A stretch of 62,005 bases of DNA, filler included, from Jimgerdemannia flammicorona (Eukaryota): assembly GCA_003990765.1 (NCBI GenBank). It is 2 parts of 2 records of this genome, joined end to end, with 100 filler letters (N's around TTAATTAATTAA, not from the genome) between each part and the next. Parts side by side here need not be neighbours in the genome. Positions count along the whole stretch, not along the records: positions 31,059 to 62,005 come from RBNJ01000417.1; 1 more part is not named here. One strand, written 5' to 3'. Within the stretch, counting starts at the first letter, position 1; each line of letters starts with the position of its first letter. The notes below the pieces were generated by a model. That model was not told the DNA's origin and searched no databases. It was given only the letters and a program-made list of their open reading frames with translations. This document shows positions 51,589 through 62,005 of the stretch, in pieces. Position numbers and translations under genes: made by a program.

Positions 51589-53799
51589 ACTTGGTGCCTA
51601 TTGGCTGGTGATTCAAGACAAATCCCTCACTTTCAAGCTGAAAAATGAACAACCCCACAACAACTACTCTGACTACAAGAGTCACCCCTGCAAGAATTCA
51701 AGATAAGATGGAAATGTATCCCCCCACATTCTATAGATATACTACTAAAGAGTCAATCCTGACCTTCATTGAAGACTTTGAACAATTCACTACCATATGA
51801 GCCCTTGGTGTGGATGCTCAATTGGCCCTTCTATCAGTCAGCCTCAGAGGACCTGCTAGAGACAAGTTCAATGCAGCCACTATTGCTGATGCTGGTGCAG
51901 CCAAACTTACCAACATGAAGGTCTTCCTCAGAATAACATATTATACTGAAGAGATCAAACAAGCTCTCAAGGATCAACTTAATACTGTCTGCCAGGGACT
52001 TAGTGAAGATCCCAACTCATTCTATATCTGAATTTGCTACCAGATTGTCTTGGCTGGCTATGATGACTGCCTCAAGAAACAAATAGCAGATTCAACCTTC
52101 CTCAAAGGAGTTCACCCTAAAATTGCCCTAGCAATCTGGTCTACCTCAGCTGCACTGACCCTTGATCAGAAAGTGGTCTTTGCACAGAGATATTGGACCG
52201 CCAGACATCCTGCCAAACACTCAATGGAGAAAATAACTGGCATCAAGATGGAGCCATTAAAGCCAACTAGTATCTTACCTGCTACAGTCATAAACAGACA
52301 ACCAATTCCACCTACCCCTAAGACAGCCAAAGCTGATCCAGTGGAAGAACTCGCCAAGCAGTTTGCTGAGATGACTGCACACCTTAGTGATATTGTTAGA
52401 GAAGTCTGAAGTATCAACAGGAGACCAGTGCAGAGATTTGCAGCCACTACAGAAGAATGCAATATCACATGCTTCAGATGTGGAGAAGAAGGCCACTATA
52501 CAAAGAGTTGCATGACCAAAACAAGATGTAAAGCCCAACCAAGCAATGCTAGCAGAACCAGAGAACAAACCAATGCAGTAGTCATTGAGGAGATTGGTGA
52601 CACTGATGATGAAGAATACTATGAGGAGCTCGAATTCTACCCTGCTATCAAAGGTACCAGAACCCAGTCCAAGCCCTATGACAAGAAGAGCAACAGCAAG
52701 CCAGTTGGAAGACCAAAGAAGACCCCAGCTGTCACTATTCAAAGTAAGACCCAACCCGAGGAGATTGATCAAGACATGGAGTTAAACAAAGCTGTCTGCC
52801 AAATTATTGAAGGCACTACTCCAGTCTCAGGAGAAAGTGAAAGCAAGAAGGAATAGAAGCTGTGCAAGACCAAGATCCACCAGTATGATATCTACAAGGA
52901 CCTCAAGGAACAGAAGGTCAATGCCACTTTTGGACAGCTAGCTGAAGTCCCTGCCTTTAGACAGCAGTTGAGAGTAGGACTTGCAACTACCACCAAGAAT
53001 CAAGAGTACAAGATTGTAGAAGCTCACAATGCACAGAAAGAATCCAAGAACTCAGGTGAAGAATCCAAAGACCAGCGCAAGACATCAGCCTATACCTCAT
53101 GTCAGATTGAAGACTATATCTTTGATGCCATCATTGATATTGGTGCTGGAGGATACCTCATGAGCAAGAAGACAATTGACCACCTAGGTTAGAACATTGA
53201 AGAGTCCACCAAGATGGTCTATGTCACAGTAGACAGTATACAAGCTACCCCCCTTGGCAAAATCCGAGAAGTCCCCATCAAGATAGGAGGAGCCACCATC
53301 CCAGTAGATATGATTGTTACAAGCACCACCAACTATGACATCCTTATTGGCAACCAATGGCTTCACAAGGCCAAGGCCATTATTGACCTCAATGCCCAGA
53401 AGATGCAGATCAACTACAGAGGAAGAAAGATATGAGTCTCTATCAATGTCCACAAAGGAGTTCTACCAGATATGGAGGAAGGAGATGAAGAGGACACAGA
53501 GGTCTTCATGTACTCAGTGAACAAGAACAAGAATAAGAACAAGATACTCAAGCTTACAGATGAGCAGTGGTATAACAAGATCATCGATGGCTATACCCCT
53601 CAAGGAAGATGCCCCCATGGTACTAGAATATACTGCTCTGAACACCTGAATGACTGCTGGTCCTGTATCAGTGAAGTCAGGAAAATCTGCTAACAGAAAC
53701 ATGAGCAAGAAGCCGCTGAAGCAAAAAGGAAAGCCAAAGAAGATGATCAGCCCCCAGAGCTTCAAGCTGACAGTGATGATGAGGAGGAATAAGGATCAG

Positions 53800-54230
53800 A
53801 CATCACCCTCAAGATCAAGAAGTTTCACTCCAAAGCCAAGATCCCAGAATACAAGACTGAAGGAGCTATAGGAATGGACTTTGCCAGCATTCAAGATGCT
53901 ACCCTTGAACCACAGACCACTACCCTACTTGGTACTGGAATTGGAGTCAAGCTGCCAGAAAACCATGCCAGAATTATCAAGACCAGGAGCAGTCTGGCCA
54001 AAAGTGAAATCTCAGTTGAAGGAGGAGTAATTGACCCTGATTATACTGGTGAGATCTTCCTCATAGTCAGGAATCACAACCCCACCACCCCATTCAAAGT
54101 CAAGAAGTATGACAGAATTGGCCAGATGCTGATCTATGAAATTAAGAAGCCCAAGATCATTAAAGCCATCGAATTCATTAAGACTAAGAGAGGAGAACAA
54201 GGCTTTGAATCTACTGGAAGAGGAGCCTAT
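53800..54230 (+). pseudogene. dUTPase domain between protease and RT
   Basis: AIGMDF, KTRSSLA, GVIDPDYTGE, DRIGQ and RGEQGFESTG: all five dUTPase motifs. Confidence 0.92.
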
Positions 54231-57200
54231 GCTGCCACCAATATTACCAAACTTGAGTACAAGAAAGACAAGGACCAGAACAAGCACACATATACTATTG
54301 GAGAAACTTTCTCCTAGAGGAACAACTTCTCAAGATCCTGCACCAGAATGAAGAAGTACTTGTTACAGACTTTAGGGATATCCACAATCAAGAACCCAAG
54401 TACTACCATGAAGTTGATACCAGTGATACCAAGCCTATCTACCAGAAAGCCAGACCTATATCACCTGCCTACAGAGAGTGGCTGTGAGCAGAACTCAAGG
54501 AAATGGAAGAAGCCAGAATCATCAAGCAAGCTATCAGCCCCTGGGCCTCACCCATTGTCCTAGCCCTAAAGAAAGGAAGCAAGCCTGGAGAGTTTGCACC
54601 AAGACTCTGCATTGACTACAGGAAACTCAATGCCATCACCAAGAAGGATAGATAGCCCTTGCCAAATATTTAAGAAATCCTTATCACCCTTAGAAGTGAA
54701 GCCAAATACTACACCACCTTGGATCTGTTCTCAGGTTTTCATCAGATTGGTCTCACTTAAGATGCCAGTGAGAAATCAGCCTTCATCACACCTGATGCCA
54801 CCTATATCTATCTGCGAATGCCATTTGGAATGTGCAATGTCCCAGCAAGTTTCCAGTAAATGATGAACAGAGTCTTCAGTAATGAGATTGGAAAATGGTT
54901 CTTTATCTATGTTGATGATGTAATCATCTTCAGCAACACTATACAGGAACATGTCAATTATATACAACTAGCCCTCAAGAAGCTCAAGGAGCATGGCCTC
55001 TATATTAAGTCCAAGAAATATAAGTTTGCAGCTCAAGAAATTACCTACCTAGAACACCTCATCAACCAGACTGGAATCCACACAGACTCTATGAAGATTG
55101 AGGCTCTTGCAGCCTACCTGAGACCCAGAATAACCACAGAAGTCCATGCCTTCCTTAGACTGGCCAGCTACTATAGAAGATTCATCAAAGGATACTCCAA
55201 CATTGCAGTACCTATCTACAAGCTACTGAAGAAGGAGACCAAATTCGAATGGACCAAGGAGTACCAAGAAACCTTCAATGAACTCAAGACCAGGTTGACC
55301 CAAGCACTCATTCTCAGATGACCAGACTGGAATCTAGAATTCATCCTGCAGACAGACATAAGTGCTATAGAACTTGGAGCAGTCCTAGCTCAGAAGAAAG
55401 ATAGACATGAATATGTTATCTCTTATGCAAGCCAAGGTATCCATGGAGCAGAACAGAACTATGAGTTATGTAAGCTTGAATGCTTAGCAGTAGTTTGAGC
55501 AGTAGACAAGTTCCACTACTACCTAGCTGGGAAACACTTCACCATTCAAACAGATCATTCTGCTCTTGCCTGGCTATTCCACACTCTGAACCCTAAAGAA
55601 ATATATGCCAGATGGATCTACAGGCTGCAAGAGTATAACTATACTATCAAGCACTGCTCAGGAAAGACCAACACCAATGCCGATACACTCTCAAGGACAC
55701 CCTGAAACACCACCATCAAGACTATTCAACATGAATAAGGAGCTATACTATGGATTAATTAGCTACCTTGGGCAGTGAAAGATATCCAACCACCTTGAAC
55801 CCTGAACAATCACTATCATCAACTGGACTTAGAAACAGTTTTAATTAGACAACACTACACTCAGAAAAGGAGGAAAGCTAGTAATACCTGAACACAAGAA
55901 GTATCAAGTAATGAAGGAAGTACATGAGCAAGGACACTTAGGAGGAACCAATATACACGACAAGGCAAGAAGCACTATGTAGTGGCCCAAGATGGAAGAA
56001 AATCTGTGCCAATTTGTCAAAGGGTGTGACAAGTGCCAAAAACAGAAACAAGATCAGCAAGACCAGACACTCAGGTCATCAAGAATTGAGCCTATCCCCT
56101 TCCACTACATCACAATAGATATCATTGGACCACTACCAGTAACACTATCAGGAAACTGCTATATTATAGTTATTATAGACCTCTTCACCAAATGGATAGA
56201 GGCAGGAGCATTATAAGAAGCCAATGTCCTCTCTATAGCCAACTTTCTATACCAAGAAATTATCTGCCACTACAAGACACCAAAGCAAATCACAACAGAC
56301 TGTGGAACAGAATTTGTCAATGGATTCCATGAGATAATGTATCAGAAATACAAGATCCAGCACATCAAGACCACCATATACCACTCTCAAGGAAATGGAC
56401 AGACAGAGAGAACCAACAAGACTCTCAAGAACATCCTAGCGAAGATCTCAGAGACATATGAGAATTGGGATAACTATCTCCCAACTGCCCTCTCTGTCCT
56501 ATAAGATATATGGTCACAGAGCACACATTTTACCCCAAGAGAGCTGTTCTTCAGAGAAGAAGATTCTGATGAAACCTCAGCTACAAATCTAGACCTAACT
56601 TGGAGATAGGTTGATGCAGAAATCCAGAGACTATACCAAATCAGGAAGAAGGCTGAAGATTACATCACTAAGTCACAAGTGCTGATAAGGAAGAATGTGG
56701 AAAAGAATTACAAGGCCCTAGAACCCATCTGAATTGGAGAAAAGGTTCTACTGTATCGAAATATGGTAGAAGCCTCATGGTCGTGAAAACTGGAGCCCAA
56801 ATGGGAAGGATTCTTCTACATGCAAAACATCAAGGGAACTACCTTCTGGCTTAGAAAAATCTCAGAGACCATACTGCCTACTACAGTACATAGGAACAGA
56901 CTCAAGAAGTACTATAAACCTATACAAGAGAAGCAAAATGTAATGACTACCCATGAGGTTCTAGTCTGCGAATCATAACAGCATATCCTGTGACCAGCAG
57001 ACTATCTGTCTGGACCATTCTCTAAGGGATACGGCACTGGAAACTACTCATTCATGAGACTTTTGAAGTCAGAGGAGTTCGAACCATCAACTGATTGGTC
57101 AAGATCAGAATCAGGCCCTTGCTCTATATGAAGGAAACAACCCTTCACCATCACACCAAAATACAAAGTGAAGATACCAGTCTATAAACACCACTTTTCA

Positions 57201-57291
57201 ACCCCTTGCCAGAGGTTATGGGATCAGCAAATTTTTCAAGACTGGACCAATGAATAAGAATGCTCAGGAAGATCCTTATTCAGGAGGAAGA

Positions 57292-58252
57292 TGTAATGGT
57301 GACCCCAGAATGATAATATCAGTACAGGAGACAGCCTTTTCTTGTAAGCCACCAGATTGGAACACAAGAAGATCATACAGCATATGAGATGAGTAATGAT
57401 GACCAACTGTGAGTCATTGTGACCACAGTACAAGCATCTTGAAGAATATAAAAGAAGGATCAAGGAACTGCAGTAGCAGCAACCAACAAGAACCACTAAT
57501 CCCAAAATAGCTTAAAGACTTACCATAAATGAAATGCCAGCTGCCCACCAAACCTCAAGATCAAGGAACCATCAAGGCACCTCAGTTGAAGAAAGAATGT
57601 TCCAAGACATCAGAAGAGCCATGGGGACCCACTCAAGAAGGACTCCCAGTATCAACCTAAATACTGCAAATCTCTATCACTTTATCCTCTACTACTGTGA
57701 AATGGAAACAAGGATCACCATTGCTACCGAATGCCTCCAAATGTGGCAGGAGTATGAAATAAGAAACCTCCTCTGCTGGGAGTTCCCACAGGCCAGCACC
57801 CAAGAGCTACAAGATGTCACTCCCATGGATATATGTAAAATAAGGACAGCTAAGAAGATCCATCAGATCTTTAGGCATATACTATAGTTAATCCCCAACT
57901 TGGAGTATGTTAGAGTCTCAGACTTCAGAGACCTGTCATCTTGCTATATCAATGTACTAGAAGCCAGGGTGGCTACAGAAGCCCAGTCCACTATTACCCT
58001 CAATAGTGATGAAGTAGAAGACTTCTGGCATCCCATCTCTCAGGACAACCTAGACCAATTCCTGCAAGGATTGATCTCAGTATTCCAAGGCCCAAGCATC
58101 CAGGTTAGATCTCCCCAAGACCCCACATTTGTCCCCTATTTTGTGGAAAAGAACCTCATAGACTGGAGAGCTCCAGATCTCCTTATTCCTGATTTCCCCA
58201 CCATAGCTGAATGTGATGATATCATCGGTGATGATGTCATCCCACATGATAT
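57292..58252 (+). repeat. 3' LTR, truncated by chromovirus insertion; contains second ORF-X copy
   Basis: Begins TGTAATGGTGACCCCAGAATG directly after the PPT and aligns with 50043-~51002. Confidence 0.85.
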
Positions 58253-58254
58253 AT

Positions 58255-61200
58255 TATAATAACTCTCACTTCTATCCCTCTCTTATCCTTTGGATAATTA
58301 GGGAAGTGGACTATTACTTAGGGACTTAGTACACAATATGTACCAAGAAGCCTTCAGTTTGAGGAAGCGCTCACTTAAAGTAGTTGTAGCAGCAGTGCCT
58401 TATCTTTCAAAGGTCTTTCTGGTTTGCCTTCTATTTCAAAGGTCTTTCTCTTGTGCCCTATTTCAAGGGTCTTGTTCTTTGCTGTGCACAGACTGAATTT
58501 GCCTTGGAATTCAGGTTCAATGGATTTACTTAAGTCTTTGGAGATTTATATACCGGTCTCAGTTCTGGCAGAAGTTAGCTAGGCTTCTGGAGTTTAGTCA
58601 GAAACACTAGAGTCACTTAGATGTCATTACTAAGACTCAGGGGAATGTGTGTGTGTGGGGGGGGACTTGATTTTTGTATTAAGGACTGAACTAAAACTGC
58701 TTTATTTTGGATGGAAACTGGGGGGTATTTATACAAGTTGGTCCACAATTTCTGACTAAGTATGAGTGACTAATTTAGTAACTATAATGAGATTTGTGAT
58801 CGTGACCTTTGTTAGGTGATTTTTGGCAAAAACAACTTTGTGATCAGGACCTCAATTACTAAGCAATGATCAGCTGCTGTGGTAACTGTTGCTGTGGCGC
58901 CGATTATTGGGGATAAGCTAGATATCATTTTCTGCATTGTTTTACATCATTCGCATCGTTTGTCATTTGTAATTCATATGTCGCACTTCATTTGTATGAT
59001 GACATCATCGCTTGTCAGATCACGTGATCACTTATCATTTGTCGCGTCCCATCTGTTTGTCATTCTATTACATCCTTCCCCCCTTAGAAATCAATGTCCT
59101 CGTTGATTGAGAAATTGAGAACCAGGAGAGAGAAAGGTGGGGAATCTTCCTCAGGGGCAGGGGGGGTGGTGGTTGCTGATGGCTTGCTGTCTAGGATGGA
59201 GAAGTCAATGAGGTCTGCAAATGGTTCTTGCATTGGAATAGGTGCTGGTATAGGGGTTCTCCATCTGATGCAGTTGGGGCCATCCAAGTAGGGCTCTTGA
59301 TCTTCATGCCTGGGAATATCCATTTGGATAGGTGGTCCTTCAAAGAGGTCAGAGAGACCTTGGAGCCATTGGTCAGGGTTGTCATTCAGGAGGGGGCTCC
59401 AGTAGGGTTTGCAGTCAGTAGACTTGAGGGCAATCCAGGAGTTGGCTTCTTGGACGACCTTGACTTCTAGGGCATCGACCTTGGGGAAAGAGAGGTTCTG
59501 GAAGTCCTTCAGTTATATGTAGTTGAGGTTGGGGATCATGAAGGGTGCATGGCATATGATTTGATGGACCTTCTTGGCAAGTCTTTGCTCGTGTCTATCT
59601 AGGTGAGTCTAGTCAGAGACTTGGTCTGTAGGCAGGTCCTTTGCCTGTTGGAGGAGTTGATGGCCAATCTCGTATTCATGCCAGATTTCTAGGCGGCTGG
59701 TAGCAAGGTAGGCTCTTTCAACGACTTCATGGCAGTTGAGGACATAGTGTCCTAGGTCCTGGCTGGAGAGGTTAAGGGCCTCTGAGTGGTGGTTCCGTCC
59801 TTGGATGGCAACCTGGATGTATCCAAAGAGGTGGTCAACCTGGCTTGGAAGGGTCTGGCTTCTTGTCTTGTCTTTTCTTTGTAAGGAAAGGGGGATGAGA
59901 GTTGTGGAGTATTCTTGCCTTAGGTATTTATACTTATTCACCCATCTGATGTGACCTTCCTTTGGTCATGCTTTCTAGCAAAATGCATGACCTGTGCTGT
60001 AAGCAGAGCATGTGCTGGTCACATGAGGAAATCCTGATTTCAAAGATCTCGTCACCTATCTGTGGTTACATAGGGTTAACAGGTCTTGGTCTACTTTTTT
60101 TTTTATCTAGTTGGTACATTTGCAAGGACTGGCCATCCTTGTCTAGGGTGAGGGCTCCCATTATCGCGGCTGGGGGTTCGAACCTCTCGGAAATAGACTT
60201 TCTTGTAATCCGAGGTAATTCTTTAGTAACAATATCTGTCACGTGGATAGACTTAGACTGGTTTTGACATTGTCAGCTTTCCTAAGTTTCACATGAAGTG
60301 TCCATCATCATTCAGTGGAGATGACACAGATGGCATGAAATGGAGTTGTTCAAATGTGTTTTGCTATACAGTACTAGATTGTTCTTTCGTTCGGATATCT
60401 TCTTGTTGGTTATCCATAGTGTTCGTTTTTTCACAATATTCAGTATTATATGTTTCCAGATAAAAATATGTATTATCCTTCTGCTCGCTGTGTGCTCCTA
60501 TACTTAGAGCTGTAGTTCCTTCCTTTGCTGGGGGGTGAGTGTTTCCATATAGTCCTGGAGGGCTTCGTGTGCATTTTTCAGGGCTTCTTCTTTTTCCCAG
60601 GTGGCATCATGGATGGGGTAACCCTTCCACTTGATCAGGAAAAAGTGCTTGACTGTTTTGGGATATTTGCAGACCTTGAGGTCAAGTACTTCCTCAATTT
60701 CGAATTCCTCATGATCATTGATCCTAATTGGGGGTGGTGGTGGAACTGTATGCTCGGGGAATGAGTTCTCATGGTAGTCCACCAATTGGCTGATATGGAA
60801 TCCAGGGTGTACTCGAATATTGTGGAGAAGTTGCAACTTGTAGTTGAATTTGCTGATTTTTTCCACTATCTTATATGGTCCAATTCTTCTAGCATGGAGT
60901 TTCTTAGCTGGTTGTTGTACCAGGGTGTCTGGGTGGAGGTAGTCTGTTCTAAGCATGACCTTGTCACCAATATTGTAGGAGGCTTCTCTTCACTTCAAAT
61001 TCGCATACTTGGTCTGGTAGTCTTGTGCTTCTATGAGAGCATCTCTTGTCATTCGCATAAGGTCAGAAATGGTCTCGGCCAGATCTTGGGCTGCTGGGAC
61101 TGCTGATTTCGCAGTAGTACTAGGGGTCCTTGGGTATTGACCATGGTTCAGGAAGAATGGAGTCTTCTTTGTGGAGGTTTGCTGACTGTTGTTGTAGGCA

Positions 61201-61864
61201 AACTCGGCATAGGCTAGATACTTGTCCTAATCATTTTGCTTGTAACAGCAGAAGATACTAAGCATCTGTTTGAGGGTCCTGTTGGTTTGCTCGGTTTGAC
61301 CGTCAGTCTGAGGGTGGTAGGCAGTAGAGAACTTCAGCTTGGTTCTATGGAGGGAGAAAAATACCTTCCAGAAATTGCTTGTGAACTTGGCATCTCGGTC
61401 AGATACAATGGTACTAGGCATGCCATGTAGCCTGAATACTTGGTTAAGAAAGATCTCGGCAATCTCTGGTGCTGTAGCAGTGGTCTTGGTGGGTGCAAAA
61501 TGGGCTTGTTTACTTAGGCGGTCCATGAATACCATGATGGCATCCCATCCTGCCTTGGTCTTGGGGAGTTGGACAATGAAGTCCATCGCAATCTGGTCCC
61601 AATTGTGACTTGGGATAGGCAAGGGTTGCAGGAGTCCTGCTGGTAGCTTGTTACCACTTTTGAACCTTTGGCACATCTCACATGAGGCCACAAAGTCTTT
61701 GATATCCTTGGTCATCTTTGGCCAGTAGAACTCTCTTGAGAGGAGGTTGTAGGTCTTTTCAAAACCAAAGTATCCTGCTGCAGGAGTATCATGGAGTTCC
61801 TGCATGATTTTGAGTCGCAGAGTATCATTGTTGGGTACAACCACTCTGTCATGGTCCCTGTAGA
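58255..61864 (-). mobile_element. Chromovirus (Ty3/gypsy with chromodomain integrase), 3' part
   Basis: Integrase HDTPAAGYFG..CEMCQR..IAMDFIVQLP..SDRD..YHPQTDGQTE; GPY/F; chromodomain EEFEIEEVL..FLIKWKGYP..ATWE. PPT at 59073-59085 and 3' LTR 59072-58255 (TGTAATA...; TATA GTATAAATACCCC). Confidence 0.93.
59084..59870 (-). pseudogene. ORF-X homolog between pol and PPT of the chromovirus
   Basis: HYVLNCHEV..LEIWHEYEIGHQL..RLAKKVHQIICHAPFMIPNL aligns with ORF-X HFILYCHEI..LQIWQKYEIGNLL..RTAKKIHQIFRHTSWSIPNL. Contains a stop and a frameshift. Confidence 0.8.
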
Positions 61865-62005
61865 TAGTGCTCCGAACGAATGGAGTTGATCTGGATGAGA
61901 TTCGATTCAGATTCGTCATGTGATGGATTCGAATCAACTCGGATTGGTCTCGTGATCTGATCCGGATTGATCCGGATTGATCCGGATTGATCCATCCGGA
62001 TTGAT
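61865..62005 (+). mobile_element. Left terminus of a younger hAT element inserted in chromovirus pol
   Basis: Starts TAGTGCTC, carries GATCCGGATT subterminal repeats and retains CpGs. Integrase homology stops exactly here. Confidence 0.85.

Larger units (their letters stand above)
50043..58252 (+). mobile_element. Near-complete decayed Ty3/gypsy retrotransposon with dUTPase and ORF-bearing LTRs
   Basis: 5' LTR 50043-51588 (TGT...ACA) and PBS TGGTGCC at 51592. Gag CFRCGEEGHYTKSC; protease AIIDIGA; dUTPase; RT YVDD; RNase H; integrase (GHLG..CDKCQ, IDIIGPLP, GQTERTN). PPT AGGAGGAAGA at 57282-57291; 3' LTR from 57292, truncated at 58252. Confidence 0.93.

Noticed and set aside
61865..61937. Novel N-terminus on the integrase ORF 61227..61937
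   Set aside because: It is read-through from the inserted hAT terminus.

Overview
Eukaryotic, intron-containing, transposon-rich DNA. It is most consistent with an early-diverging fungus (Mucoromycota-like; this is an inference). The window is two contigs joined by an artificial 100-bp linker (44 N + TTAATTAATTAA + 44 N, 30959-31058), so adjacency across it is not evidence. Left half: CpG-depleted relics of hAT DNA transposons, dUTPase-carrying Ty3/gypsy elements, a 1.2-kb poly(A) retroposon with a 17-bp TSD and a kinase pseudogene, then the 5' part of NTE1 cut by the gap. Right half: a CpG-intact ~16-kb tandem array in which a head-to-head gene pair occurs three times with intact spliced reading frames. 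One gene is a P-loop GTPase resembling animal IFI44/IFI44L; the other is a small alpha/beta protein of unknown family. Relics of a fourth GTPase copy, ankyrin repeats and LRR-like genes lie between them. This pair is the best candidate for an undescribed system, possibly in immunity or allorecognition. It is followed by a near-complete dUTPase-gypsy element whose LTR encodes a 250-aa unknown protein. A homolog of that protein sits between pol and the 3' LTR of a neighbouring chromovirus.
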